NCBI RefSeq assembly: GCF_006345805.1
Contig: NC_042998.1
Location: forward strand, 55,862,001 to 55,926,000
Reading direction: 5' to 3'
DNA length: 64,000 bases
From: Octopus sinensis
Taxonomy: Eukaryota
Positions 51,350 through 64,000 of the stretch are shown here, piece by piece. Below the pieces are notes generated by a model, which saw only the letters and a program-made list of their open reading frames with translations, had not been told where the DNA came from and did not search any database. The translations under genes and the position numbers were made by a program. The first letter of the stretch is position 1. Every line of letters starts with the position of its first letter.

Positions 51350-51720
51350 ATTTACTTGTTTCAGTCATGAGATTGCGACCATTTTTATTCGAATGACTCG
51401 ACATCAATATTTAATTTTTTTTTTAACTTGGTGGTAACTCCAGCGGCCTTCTTGAAGCACCACTAAGTTACAGGTCACAAACACACCAACACCGGTTGTC
51501 AAGCAGTGGTGGAGAACAAACACACACACATATACATATATAATATAGATATCAATATATATATTCGAAGAGCTTCTATTGAGTTTCCCTCTTCCAAATC
51601 CCTTCACAAGACTTTGGTTGGTCGGAGGCTTAAGAAGAAACTTGCACAACGCTCCACGCAGTGGGACTGAACCCAGAACAACGTGGTGAGGAGGCAAACT
51701 TCTTACCAAAATGCCGCGCC
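51350..51720 (-). mobile_element. Family B SINE, diverged
   Basis: Head, microsatellite and tail order match family B. Confidence 0.7.
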
Positions 51721-52218
51721 TGTGTCTCTATGGATATGAGATAATGTGCATACATATATATATTATCTTAAATACAAGATGAAATGCTTTGTGCATTCAT
51801 GAATGTGTGTGTTTATATGCTATGTATATTAATTAATATTTGAATATATCACACATTTATATCATATATATATATATATATATGATATGTGTGGGTGTGG
51901 GTGTGTAGGGCGTGGGTGTGTAGGGCACCTGTCAGGATTGTTAACACTCTGGATATAGCATTTAGCGGCATTTCGTGCGTATTCACGTTTTGAGTTCCGA
52001 CTTTTCCATTCATCTTTTCGGGGTCGATAAAATAAGTATTGGTTGAGTTCTGGGATCGGTGCCCTTGACTTGTACCATCCCCTCAAAACTGGAGGCATTG
52101 TGCCAAAATTAGAAAGTGTGTGTGTGTGTGGTGTGCTTGTGTGTGTAGATATATATTAAAATTGAGGAAGGCCGGTGTATGGGTGCCCCTCCATATTTTA
52201 AGAGGTCATGGGCCAACA

Positions 52219-52292
52219 GGTTTTTGGGATGTGACGATACGCCATAAAGCTAAACCCTTCATGTGCGGGAAACCTATGGTAATCCCATAAAC
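52219..52292 (+). ncRNA. Type I hammerhead-like motif with long stem I (C3G variant)
   Basis: GGTTTTTGGGAT/ATCCCATAAACC stem I (11 of 12 pairs), GTGACGA, stem II CGC.CAT/ATG.GCG, GAAA, stem III ACC-TAT-GGT, GUA cleavage triplet. Confidence 0.7.
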
Positions 52293-52673
52293 CGCCCTTC
52301 CCCAATATTCTTCTTTCGGATTTATGGTTTTTACAAACGATGTATATATATATATATACACACACACAATTTTAAAATAGGATAAAATCCTTATAAGAAT
52401 TTATCAAGTAGTTAGCGTGTGAGAAACCTCATAAGGGAATAATTATTAATTATTCCCTTTAAAGATATATATATATACACACACACATATTAATACACAC
52501 ACACGGTGTTACTTCAGGAGGAAGGTCTGGAATATCTAGTTTAGCTTGCTTACACACACACACATATACACACATTGATGATACAGTCAATGTTGCTTCA
52601 GAAAAAAATCTGGATTATCTAATTCTTACCTTACTTACTGTAGTTTCTATATGTATGTGGTGTGCATACATGG

Positions 52674-52744
<71 letters not shown>

Positions 52745-52881
52745 TATATGCATACTGTCCGAAATTACTACGATGATCCGTTTCTTGATGAAGACTGAGG
52801 GTTCGAATGTCCTGTCCATGTTTATGTATCGTCTTCTATGATATACGTTCTTGTCCATGTTGTATTTTTCTACATACCTTA

Positions 52882-52912
<31 letters not shown>

Positions 52913-52937
52913 GCATACATGTAGGTATATATATATA

Positions 52938-52984
<47 letters not shown>

Positions 52985-53224
52985 GCATGTACATAAATAA
53001 ATATATATACACACACTTAGACGCACACTAGCACATAAACACATGTATATTGGATCTAATATCCATGTAAGGCTTACACCTTTTTGTGTACTTGCATGGT
53101 CATTACATCACGTTTATTACAGTTTTCTAATCCAATGCATTAAATTACGACTTGAATAAAAATGTTTCGTGCATCTCTTTTTGGTTGTCAACGTCTCTTC
53201 TCTCTCTCTCTCCCTACTCAATCA

Positions 53225-53266
<42 letters not shown>

Positions 53267-53665
53267 CACTCACACACACACACACACAGACACTCACACA
53301 CACACACATTTATCTATGCTCAACAACCACCTATGTGTGCCATTGTGTCTGTGTATATTATGTTTATATGTTTCAATGGGTCCAATAATGGTTTTTTTCA
53401 TTTGTGTAATCGATCGAACTAGCTTTTTCATTAAGATTGCATCTGTGTGACTGAACATTTCGCAGACATTTGCTCCCTTGATATTGTTTTCGGGTGCAAT
53501 GACTTGATTAATTGTCACAGGCCTGAAAGATTTAAATTACACATACACAATCCATGCGGCGATCTTGCAGTTTCTTTCTAAATACCATTAAGTATCATTC
53601 ATTGAACCCGCGACTTCGTCGTGACAAAGCGAACTTCTTCAGTACCGGTCATACAGAGGTTGTGT

Positions 53666-53721
<56 letters not shown>

Positions 53722-53724
53722 TGT

Positions 53725-53756
<32 letters not shown>

Positions 53757-53859
53757 TGTGTGTGTGTTTGTAAATACAGACAGACAGTCAGACAGATAGA
53801 TAGATACAAATGAGACAACATTCGCACTCTCACGCAATTGTATAATCTTAATCTTTAAC

Positions 53860-54069
53860 TTGTTTCAGTCATTAGATTGCGGCCATGCTGGGGCACTGCC
53901 CTGAAAGATTTAAGTCTTAAAGAATCAACACCAGCACTTACTTTATTAAAACTGATCCTTATTTCTATCAATTCCTATCAGTTCCTCTTGCCGAACAGCT
54001 AGACACGGCGATGTAAGCACACCAACGCCGGTTGTCAAGTGGGGGCGGGTATATAGAGACCCAAACACA

Positions 54070-54108
<39 letters not shown>

Positions 54109-55060
54109 CTCACTGCCGTCCAAGAATTTGGACCTGGAGATCTCCATTTCCAGCGACTTCGATGGCCACCTCCCAGTGGTGTCGGGCGTCAACGAAGAGC
54201 CCTCGACTACAACAAGACGACCAAATTTTTTTTTCCCCAAGGTCTGGGGTTTCTCGCCCCTAAGCCCTAGACCATCACCTAATCACCCTTACCTGTCTTG
54301 TTGCTTAACAACAACAACTACATACTCACACACGCGCACACACACACACACACACACATACACGCATATACAACGGGATCTTTCAGTTTCCGTCCACCAA
54401 ATCCTTTCGCAAGGCTTTGGTCGGCCCGACACTTGCCCACCCAAGGTGCCAGGCAGTAAAGCTAAACCCAAAACAATTTGGCTGGGAAGCGAACTCACGC
54501 CAGCAGTTATATATGTATATGTGGAATGTGTAAATATAGATATTTGTCATCGCACAAATTTGCCTCGCTTCTCTTTTTGTAGAAAGAATACCTTGCGTGG
54601 AATAAAACAAATTTACTGTGTTCTGGCTATGTGCGCGTATGCAACACACAGGCGTGCACACATTTATGTTTATAAGTACATGTAGGTAGGTTGTGTGGTA
54701 AGAAGCTTGCTCTCTAAGCACATGAGTACGGGTTCAGTCCCACTGCGTGACACTTTGGGCAAGCGTCTTATACTATAGCCTAGAGCCGACCAAAGCCTTA
54801 TGAGTAGATTTGGTAGACGGAATCTGAAAGAAACCCGTCGTGTGTGTGTGTGTGTGTGTGCTTCTGCCCCGTTATCACTTGACAACAGGTGTTGGCTGGA
54901 ATATTTATGTCCCTGTAACTTCGCGGTTCTGAAAAAGGGACCGACGGAATAAGTACCGGGTTTTAAAATAAAAAGAATGTAAGTATTGGGATCGATTCGT
55001 TAGACTAAAATTCTCCAAGGCTGGTGCTCCTGCATGGCCGTAGTCTAATGCCTGAAACAA
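53860..55060. mobile_element. Cluster of family B SINE pieces (minus: 53860-54050 and 54370-54500; plus: 54690-55060)
   Basis: Family B head and tail motifs. Confidence 0.75.
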
Positions 55061-55272
55061 AAAAATACACGTGCTCGTGTATACCCCCCCCCCCCCATAA
55101 ACATACACTTTATAGGCACACCTGTTTGGTTGAGAAACTTGTTTCCCAACTATGCGCGCTTACGTTCAGTCCAACTGCGAGGTACCTTCGGCAAATGATA
55201 GCCCCGACTGACCAGTCTTCTGAATGATTTTCATAGGCGGGGTAACTGAAAAAATACCTCTGCACGCATGCG

Positions 55273-55312
<40 letters not shown>

Positions 55313-55370
55313 CTGTTTGTGTGCTTGTGTGTGCGCGCGTAGATGTCTGCTTGTCTCCTACTATCGCTTG

Positions 55371-55704
55371 TGAGGGCGCGTGGCTTAGTGGTTAGGGCAT
55401 TCGGCTCATGATCGTAAGGTTGTGAGTTCGATTCCCGGCGACGCGTTGTGTCCTTGAGCAAGACACTTTATTTCACGTTGCTCCAGTCCACTCAGCTGAC
55501 AAAAATAAGTTGTACCTGTATTTCAAAGGGCCAGCCTTGTCACACTCTGTGTCACGCTGAATCTCCTTGCGAACTACGTTAAGGGTACACGTGTCTGTGA
55601 ATGCTCAGCCATTTGCACGTTAATTTCACGAGCAAGCTGTTCCGTTGATCGTATCAGCTAGGACCCTCGTCGTCGTAACCGACGGAGTGTTCCCCTGTAA
55701 CTCC
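55371..55704 (+). mobile_element. tRNA-derived SINE (CORE-like body, family C tail) nested in a family B SINE, 11-bp TSD ACTATCGCTTG
   Basis: Head GAGGGCGCGTGGCTTAGTGGTTAGG...GAGTTCGATTCCC, body TGTGTCCTTGAGCAAGACACTT. TSD at 55360-55370 and 55705-55715. Confidence 0.88.
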
Positions 55705-56702
55705 ACTATCGCTTGACAACCGGTGCTGGTTTGTTTACTTTTTAAGCGGATGTCACAGTATATTCGCAGTCCAATGACTGAAACAATTAAAAGATAATTA
55801 TATATTCATAAAAAAAGTAGTGGATGAAGGGTTTAAGCATTCATAAACTCTGGCAATCTTTCTGAATAGTTGCTAGCGACGTAGTTTCACAATATTTTTA
55901 AAAATGAAAATCAACAAAATTGATTAGTCTATAAACTTGACCCAGGAGCTGGAGAGTAAACATCCCACAGGCTGTATGTTCGTTAACTTAACCCAACCCT
56001 TTCCTTGCAATAAACGAAATTTGAAGTCCCAATCAACTTGATCTTCAAAATAAATTTGACACTGTTTTCAGTATTGAGTTACACGATCAATAAAATACTC
56101 AGTCGTCGTTCTTAAAAGTGCTTTAAATTAATATGATTACTCTAGCGTTTACACACACAACACATATGTGTGTGTGTGTTAAAAATAAATATATATTACT
56201 ATATACACGTGCTTGTGCATGTGTGTGTGTGTTTACAGTTTGCATCGGTGATACGATGCTAAGGGTAAATAGTATTTAGAATGTATATGTATATATGTGA
56301 GTGTGTAGACGTAAATGCATTTAAATATGTCTAGAGGCAAACAGTGAAAGATAACGTGTAAATATGCGGATATATATACATACACATATGTACATAAACT
56401 CTATATGTATTATACATGCTATAGATAAATGTGAGTGTATATGCTTATGTGTGTATATCTATATATGTGTGTGTGTGTGTATGTGTATATATGTATGTAT
56501 GTATCTACGTATGTATATGTATATATATATACATGTATGTATGTATGTATATATATATATATATGTATGTATGTATATATATATGTATATATATATTGTT
56601 ATATATATATATATGTATATATGTATATATATATGTATATATATTGTATGTATATATATATGTATATATATATGTATGTATGTATATATGTATTATATAT
56701 AT

Positions 56703-56734
<32 letters not shown>

Positions 56735-56749
56735 TGTATATATAGTATG

Positions 56750-56782
<33 letters not shown>

Positions 56783-56828
56783 GTATATATATATATGTAT
56801 ATATATATATGTATATTATATATATATG

Positions 56829-56868
<40 letters not shown>

Positions 56869-57024
56869 ATACAAAATACAGAATACGCATTACGTCTATT
56901 AACACGTATACATTTATATAAAATATGCACATATACGTATATAAAGGCATACATTTATACTTGTACTCATGTGAATATATAACATATACTATATAGTTAT
57001 ATATATAATATTGTGTATGTATTG

Positions 57025-57082
<58 letters not shown>

Positions 57083-57084
57083 GT

Positions 57085-57510
57085 GTATATGTGTGGGGGC
57101 ATTCCTAGAACGAGAGAGGTACGTTGTGTTCTTGAGCAACATACTTGATATGACGTTGCTTTGCGATCACTTCGACACCTGACGCGTGGTACGCCGTGCA
57201 CCTGTTCAGGCAACGTCGATTTGATAGAGTTAATAAGCTAATAAATGTACAGCAGAATGTACAGCAGAAACACTTGATCTCTATAAATAAAATCATATGT
57301 GCAGGTCGTTCGACAAAGCTTCATGCGTCGTCTGCGACGAAAGAGTCCTTCGTATTCTCGTAAACGCTATAAAGTGGTTGGTGTTAGGAAGGACATCCAG
57401 CAGTAGAAATCATGCTGGGGCAGAGACTGGAGCTTGATGCCGTCCTTGGGACCACCGTAATCTGTTAAACTGTTCAACATGTGCCAACATGGAACATGGA
57501 CGTTGTATAG
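57085..57510 (+). mobile_element. Degenerate SINE-like repeat(s)
   Basis: GTTGTGTTCTTGAGCAA CORE-like motif. GGTTGGTGTTAGGAAGGACATCCAGC.GTAGAAA is related to the motif at 46925-46960. Confidence 0.45.
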
Positions 57511-57665
57511 TGATGTATATTCACGTATATCTATATTATACACACACACACATATATATGTATGTTTACATATATATATATACACACTCACATGTATTTA
57601 TATATATGCATATATATATATATATATAATTATACACACACATATATATGTATATTGTATGTATG

Positions 57666-57708
<43 letters not shown>

Positions 57709-57713
<5 letters not shown>

Positions 57714-57893
57714 AGGAGCTTCTACAGGACTAGAACTGTTTCATTCAAAAGAAATCATCAGGAAGCTCTGATGATTTCTTTTGAATGAAACAGTTCTAGT
57801 CCTGTAGAAGCTCCTTCTATAAAATATTAATTTACTCTGCTATGTATTGAGTACCTTATTTACTGTGGTTAACCCCGACTCAAACCGGGGCCT

Positions 57894-57897
<4 letters not shown>
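57709..57897. mobile_element. Foldback (53/54-bp arms, 6-nt loop) of a Penelope-type terminus between (TA)n tracts
   Basis: 57709-57761 is the reverse complement of 57768-57821 apart from one extra T. CTGATGA...GAAAC lies in the arm. Confidence 0.75.
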
Positions 57898-57929
<32 letters not shown>

Positions 57930-57935
<6 letters not shown>

Positions 57936-58085
57936 ACTAAACGAGGGAAAATTTGAGCTGATGCATTTCGGAAGTATACATACATATATACATACACATA
58001 CATACATATATATATATATATATTATATAATATATATATTATATATATGTGTGTGTGTGTGTATGTATGTGTATATTATACATAT

Positions 58086-58148
<63 letters not shown>

Positions 58149-59425
58149 CATAATATATATATTTGCAACTAAACTAGGAAATTTTGAGATGATGCATTTT
58201 GGGGAAGAAAAGACTGTTCTAAAGCAGCCATACTCTCTTCCTTCAGAGGAACCGCTCACAACATCTAATAATATTAGAGACTTAGGTGTAATTGTTGATA
58301 ACAATCTCAGTTGGAGTGACCACATCAACAATAAGATCGATATAGCTCGTAGGGTGAGCTCCTGGATCTTAAGAACCTTCCGGTCCAGAGAACAAGGTGT
58401 CATCATTCCCCTTTTCTTCTCCTTTGTACGGCCACACCTCGAATACTGCTGCCCCCTATGGTCTCCCCATACAAAACAAAACATCTCGAAAATTGAATCA
58501 TCCCAGAGGGCACTCACTAAACGAATTAAGGTCATGACTGATCTCGATTACTGGGACCGCCTTAAAGCCTTGAAACTCTACTCTCTCCAGCGTCGCCTCG
58601 AACGGTACATCATTTGCACGACGTGGAGAATATACCGCCAGCATTGCCCAAACTTCTAGATTCATCCAAGGCTGGGACCACGGGCCATACGTCCCCTGTC
58701 CAATTCAGGATCACGACATATGAGTACACCGCGACACAATTTCTTTTCCTCAACAGGCTCTGCCCTGTTTAACATTGTCCCAAAACTGATCAAAGAGGAA
58801 AAGAATCCCATCACCTTTAAACTGAGTGTTTCAGTCATTTTGATAGTGGCCATGCTGGAGCACCGCCTTCTTTTTTTTTTTTTTAATCGAGCAACTCGAC
58901 CCCGGGACTTATTCTTTTGTAAGCCCAGTACTTATTCTATCGGTCTCCTTCGCCGAACCGCTAAGTAACGGGGACATAAACACACCAGCATTGGTTGTCA
59001 AGCAATGCTAGGGGGATAAACACAGACACACAAACACACACATGCATATATATACATATATACGATGGGCTTCTTTCAGTTTCCGTCTACCAAATCCACT
59101 CACAAGGCTTTGGTCGGCCCGAGGCTATAGTAGAAGACACTTGCCCAAGGTGCCACGCAGTGGGACTGAACCCGGAACCATGTGGTTGGTAAACAAGCTA
59201 CTTACCACACAGCCACTCCTGCGCGTTTGTGTAGACAAATTTCTTCAAGGAATGCCAGATAAGCCACCCACGCCTCGATACAATTCACTCAACAAGAACT
59301 CACTACTTGAATGGACCATAATACCACAGAACTTGACTCTAAAAGGATTTAGACAATCCTATCAGGTGGTGGTATTAAGTTAGACATGGCCTGGACCAAT
59401 CTTTGGTCGAAACATATCTAAGTTT
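57930..59425 (+). mobile_element. CR1/L2-group LINE 3' fragment interrupted by microsatellites and a family B SINE
   Basis: KFE.MHFG, IRDLGVIVDNNLSWSDHIN, VRPHLEYCCPLWSPH, LKLYSLQRR.ERY. The sequence resumes at ~59230 (DKFLQGMPDKP). The 3' tail matches 22690-22770. Confidence 0.9.
58828..59225 (-). mobile_element. Family B SINE inserted in the CR1 copy
   Basis: Near full length and very similar to 61355-61766. Confidence 0.9.
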
Positions 59426-60481
59426 TATATATATGTATATTTCTAAATGTGTGTGTATATATATATATAGTATATATATAATATTGTGTTGTGTGTGTAT
59501 GTATATCTATGTATGCATATATATGTATATACATATATATAATATATATTATATATTATATATATATATATTATATAATATATATATATATATATATATA
59601 TTAATATACTCAAAATAAGCAACAAGAATAACTTCGGTAATTTGGTACGATCGTTTCACGCTACATCACTTTATTGAATGTTGTAAGTATTACAACAGTT
59701 TTAAAGTGTTGAGCAATCAACATGTATATGTGTATGTATGTATGTATGTATGTATGTATGTATGTATGTATAAAACCCGAAACATATGTACCGCAAAATC
59801 CTTTGCGTCCTGTTTTTCATTTATTTCATTTCATACATACATATATATATATAGTGTGTGTGTGTGTGTGTATAAATACATTACATATATATTAATATAT
59901 ATATATGTATGTATATATATCTGTGTGCATACATATATATATAATGCATATATATATATTTATGTTATGTGTATATATATATATATATATGTGTGTTTGT
60001 TTACATTTGTGTATACACGTGTGTATGTGTGTGCGCGCGTGCGCGCGTTTAGTTCTTTATGTAGCATTAAATCTGAGTAAACTTCCCACCACCACCACTA
60101 AATCTAATGAATTCACTGTATGAGCTGAAGGCGGTATTACGTGCCAAGAGACAGCTTTATAAACCCAACGGAAATACGTAATGAACCGTAACGTGTTACC
60201 TTTAACGTTGTAATTCGTATTCTCGTACGAGCAGCGAGAAATCACCTGCCTTGTCTGTCTACTTGTTAAAAATAGTAGCTAAATTTAACTCTTAGCGTAC
60301 TCTTTCGAAAAGATACATGGGAAGTGAAATGGTTACGGTCATAAACGTTTTTTTTTTATCATAAGTCTACTGAAATCAGACTTATGACTATGTGGTCGTT
60401 TGACATATTTTGGAGAAATAGCAGCGAAATCTTTCTCAAATTTTTCCCGTCATCATTAAGGCAAAAGGAAATTAATTTTTT

Positions 60482-60744
60482 CAGTGGTTCTTAACTGGGG
60501 TCCATATGGCCCTTTAGGGTCCATATAAGATTTTGTTGTTAATATTTATCTGCAATAAATTGGTTATGCTTCAACAATACACAGACTATTGTAATACTTA
60601 TCTTTGCACAATTGCTAATAATACTTAATTCTAAAAATTTAATAGAATTTTTTTAATTCCGAATGGTGGGGGGGGGGGGGGCATCAAATAAAATAGAAAT
60701 CAAAGGGGTAAAAATATGGTAAAAAATATGGTTGAGAAACACAG
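60482..60744. mobile_element. hAT (Charlie-like) MITE relic
   Basis: CAGTGGTTCTTAAC ... GGTTGAGAAACACAG. No clear TSD. Confidence 0.6.
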
Positions 60745-61354
60745 TATTTGATAATCTTGTCTTATTTATCTTTAAAAGAAAAAAATAAACTGGATGATCA
60801 CGACAGGAATGCCTGCTTAGTCAAAGCTTGAACTGCAATCAGACCTGAACAACCACCTATAAGCGAGTAAGACTGAAGTGATTTGTCAATGTGTGAATGA
60901 ATAATCATAAACTAGCTGCGCTGATGGTGCAGTATAAACCCAGGTTGATGGTCCCAAACTTTATTGATGTTGACCAGCTTCTGACACACGTGTGTGTGTG
61001 TGTGGTGTGTGTGTGTGTGTGGTGATGGTCGTGGGAGTATGGGGTCAAGGAGCTTGCTTCGCAACCACATGGTTCTAGTTCAATCTCACCTCGCGACACG
61101 TTTACGCAAGTGTCTTTTACCATAAGTCTCTCGACGACTTGACCAGTAAATACCTTGTTAGAGAACTTAGCAGTAAGAAAAAATGTATGGAAACCCATCG
61201 AATTTTAACTACGAGCTTTGTCACGCTCTGAGGGTTACGTCAAACAAATAAATATCTTTTGAATAATAAGCCAGTCATTTAGAATATCATTCAGCTTGCA
61301 AGCAATTGACCAAAAATCTGGGATACTCATCGATGAATCCGATAGAGGATACTC

Positions 61355-61766
61355 TCTTTTACTCTTTTACTTGTTTCAGTCATTTGACTGCGGCCATGCT
61401 GGAGCACCGCCTTTAGTCGAGCAAATCGACCCCGGGGACTTATTCTTTGTAAGCCCAGTACTTATTCTATCGGTCTCTTTTGCCGAACCGCTAAGTGACG
61501 GGTACGTAAACACACCAGCATCGGTTGTCAAGCAATGCTAGGGGGACAAACACAGACACACAAACATATACACACACACATATGTATATATATACATATA
61601 TACGACAGGCTTCTTTCAGTTTCCGTCTACCAAATCCACTCACAAGGCATTAGTCGGCCCGGGGCTATAGCAGAAGACACTTGCCCAAGATGCCACGCAG
61701 TGGGACTGAACCCGGAACCATGTGGTTGGTTAGCAAGCTACTTACCACACAGCCACTCCTGCGCCT
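61355..61766 (-). mobile_element. Family B SINE, full length, apparently young
   Basis: AGGCGCAGGAGTGGCTGTGTGGTAAG head through the GACTGAAACAAGTAAAAGAG tail. Confidence 0.92.
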
Positions 61767-61899
61767 ATATATACTATATATATACTATATATATATCGTT
61801 TATTTTTTTCTTGGTTCGGCCATTTGACTGCGACCACGCTGTCCAATATATGTATATATTTCAGAGTGTTTAGGTAGGTGTCAATCTGAGGACATGTAC

Positions 61900-62508
61900 C
61901 GAGAGTGATAAAAATCAAACATCCAGTCAATATCATAGTGTTTGGAGTGATCACTAGTGATGGCGACGTTATGCCTCCATTCAGCTACCTACACCACCTC
62001 AGACTTAACAGGTGCCTATAGGCGGTAGTGCTGTCCTGGGTCAAAAGGGTGGATGCTGGAAGACCATATATCTGGCAACAGGACTTTGCACCATGCTACA
62101 CAAGCAGGAGAACCCAGTCGTGGCTGTCAGACAATTTCTGCGACCACATCACCCGTAACATCTGGCCACCTCACTCCCCAGACTGCAACCCCCTTGATTA
62201 TTATGTGTGGGATGCTGTTGAACAAGAGACCACCAAAACTCCTTGTAACGCCAAAGATGAACTGAAGGCAAGGATGATGGCAGGATTCACCAACTTGAAC
62301 AAGGATACCGTCCAGAAGAGCTGCAAGAGATTACAAAGTCGTCTGGAGTCCGTGGTTGAAGCCAATGGAGATTTTATTGAATAAATTTACTCTTTGGTAG
62401 TTCAAGATATTTTTATGCAATTTTGGTAAATATATCTGTTAAAATGAGATGTCAGGGTTATTTTCATTTTTGCGTAATTTAGACGACAGTTTATTCACCG
62501 CACACTGT
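61900..62508 (+). mobile_element. DD37D (maT-like) transposon 3' relic
   Basis: KHPVNI.VFGVITSDG; QQD-37 residues-D (WPPHSPDCNPLDYYVW); end ...TTATTCACCGCACACTG|TA. Confidence 0.85.
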
Positions 62509-62564
62509 ATGTATGTATGTATGTATGTATGTATGTATGTATGTATGTGCGTGTGTTCTTTTTC

Positions 62565-62965
62565 TTTTACTTGTTTCAGTCATTTGACTCCGGCCATGCT
62601 GGAGCACCGCCTTTTAGTCGAACAGATCGCCCCCAGAACTTATTCTTTGTAAGCAGGGTACTTATTCTAATAGTCTCCTTTGCCGAACCGCTAACTTATG
62701 GGGACGTAAACATACCAACATCGGTCGTCAAGTGATGGTGGATGGCGACTAACACGAACACAAAAACACACACACATAAATATATATACATATATATATA
62801 TATACGACAGGCTTCTTTCAGTGAACATCTACCAAATCCACTCACGAGGCTTTGGGCGACCCGAGACTATAGTAGAAAACACTTGCCCAAAGTGTCACGC
62901 AGTGGGATTGAACCCAGAACCATGTGGTTGGGAAGCAAGCTTCTTACCAAACAGCCACGCCTAAG
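62565..62965 (-). mobile_element. Family B SINE
   Basis: Same organisation as 61355-61766. Confidence 0.85.
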
Positions 62966-63097
62966 CCTAGTATTTTTCTATCGATTTGTTTTGCCGAAAC
63001 AAACACAGACATGCACACACACACACACACACACACACACCACACACACACACATACATATATGTATACACATTTTTTCTTTTACATACATATGTAT

Positions 63098-63430
63098 AAT
63101 AGGTTGTCAAGAAAGTTCTTGCGGTTTTTAATCTTTGAATTCAGATAGATGCACATATCTCAGCTTAAACAAAACTTTATTAATCGAAATAAACACCATC
63201 AGAATCAACATACTTTTGCCAATGCGAAACAAGTTTATTTATGCAAGTAGCGTGAAAATCCTGCGTCCTGGTGGCGATGAAGTCGTTGAAGGCGTGTTCG
63301 GCATTGTCTTGATTTTTGAAGCATTTCTCACGCAGGAAGTTGTCGAGATGCTTGAAAAAGTGGTAGTCGATAGATAAGAGGTCTGGTGAGTATGGCGGAT
63401 GAGGCAGAGTTTCGTGACGAGAGTATTGAA
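63098..63430 (-). mobile_element. Mariner 3' relic with TIR
   Basis: HPPYSPDLLSIDYHFFKHLDNFL...WQKYVDSDGVYFD*. TIR-like TAGGTTGTCAAGAAAGTTCTTGCGG. Confidence 0.88.
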
Positions 63431-64000
63431 GATGATAAGCGTAGTGGTCGGCCATCAGATGTTGTCAACGATCAGCTAAGAGCCACGCAGTTTGACTGAA
63501 CCCGGGTCCATGTGGTTAGAAAGCGAATTTCTTACCACACAAACACGTTCGCATCTACATACACATATATAGGAGTGGAGCAGAACTGGAAACTGGAACA
63601 AAATGAGTAATTTCAGAGCTCTCGTTATTTTCTCCCTATCTATTTGAAACCGTGACATTGCAAATATTGCATCAACGTCTTGTATAGGTACATCATCCTT
63701 AGAAGTAACAGTTATTAAGCATAATTGCTGTTATTGAGGTTGAGAGAGTTTGGATCATAATCAGGTGACAAGTACTTTTTTTTTCAAGAAAGTTGTCCTT
63801 AAATTTGACCCGATTGTAATTGAGGTTGCTAATTAAAAATATCTGGATAATTTTTGGTGTTTAACAACGAATTATATTCTTTTCTCTGGTGAATTCCAAG
63901 ACAATTTTTTTTTCCGATGCTAATGTTTAATTTCATAATTTTCAAGTTTCAAAGAATGATGTCTAAACTGGGGCAAAATGAGTAATGACTAATTTCAATA

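Noticed and set aside
54032-54685. 217-aa ORF
   Set aside because: A mosaic of SINE fragments and (CA)n; no recognisable domain.
63591-64000. Direct repeat AACTGG..CAAAATGAGTAAT (63591 and 63966) with a short intervening frame
   Set aside because: Possibly a transposon relic, but it is cut by the window edge and no diagnostic motif was recognised.

Overview
AT-rich, repeat-saturated animal genomic DNA. It is most likely from an octopod cephalopod, inferred from the SINE families and the extreme (TA)n/(ATAC)n/(AGAT)n/(CA)n microsatellite load. The only credible host coding sequence is one exon (41011-41269) encoding the N-terminus of a type II membrane protein (short cytosolic tail, TM helix, coiled coil), flanked by a canonical acceptor and a GTAAGA donor. 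The rest is mobile DNA: a near full-length but decayed R4/Dong-clade LINE sitting in (TAA)n and split in frame by a nested RTE LINE (5-bp TSD); a 5'-truncated Penelope-like element (RT + GIY-YIG); two CR1-type LINE 3' ends; mariner, Tc1 (DD36E spacing) and DD37D relics; Helitrons with intact A|TC...CTAG|T ends; several MITEs; and more than 25 tRNA-derived SINE pieces. The most interesting signal is a set of minimal type I hammerhead-ribozyme-like motifs. They lie in the Penelope 3' region and in several tiny non-autonomous Penelope-type termini abutting microsatellites, including a tRNA-headed element carrying such a tail with TSDs and inverted 5' segments. This suggests a family of Penelope-mobilised, ribozyme-bearing SINE/retrozyme-like elements. 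All assignments come from reading motifs by eye; no database search or folding software was run.
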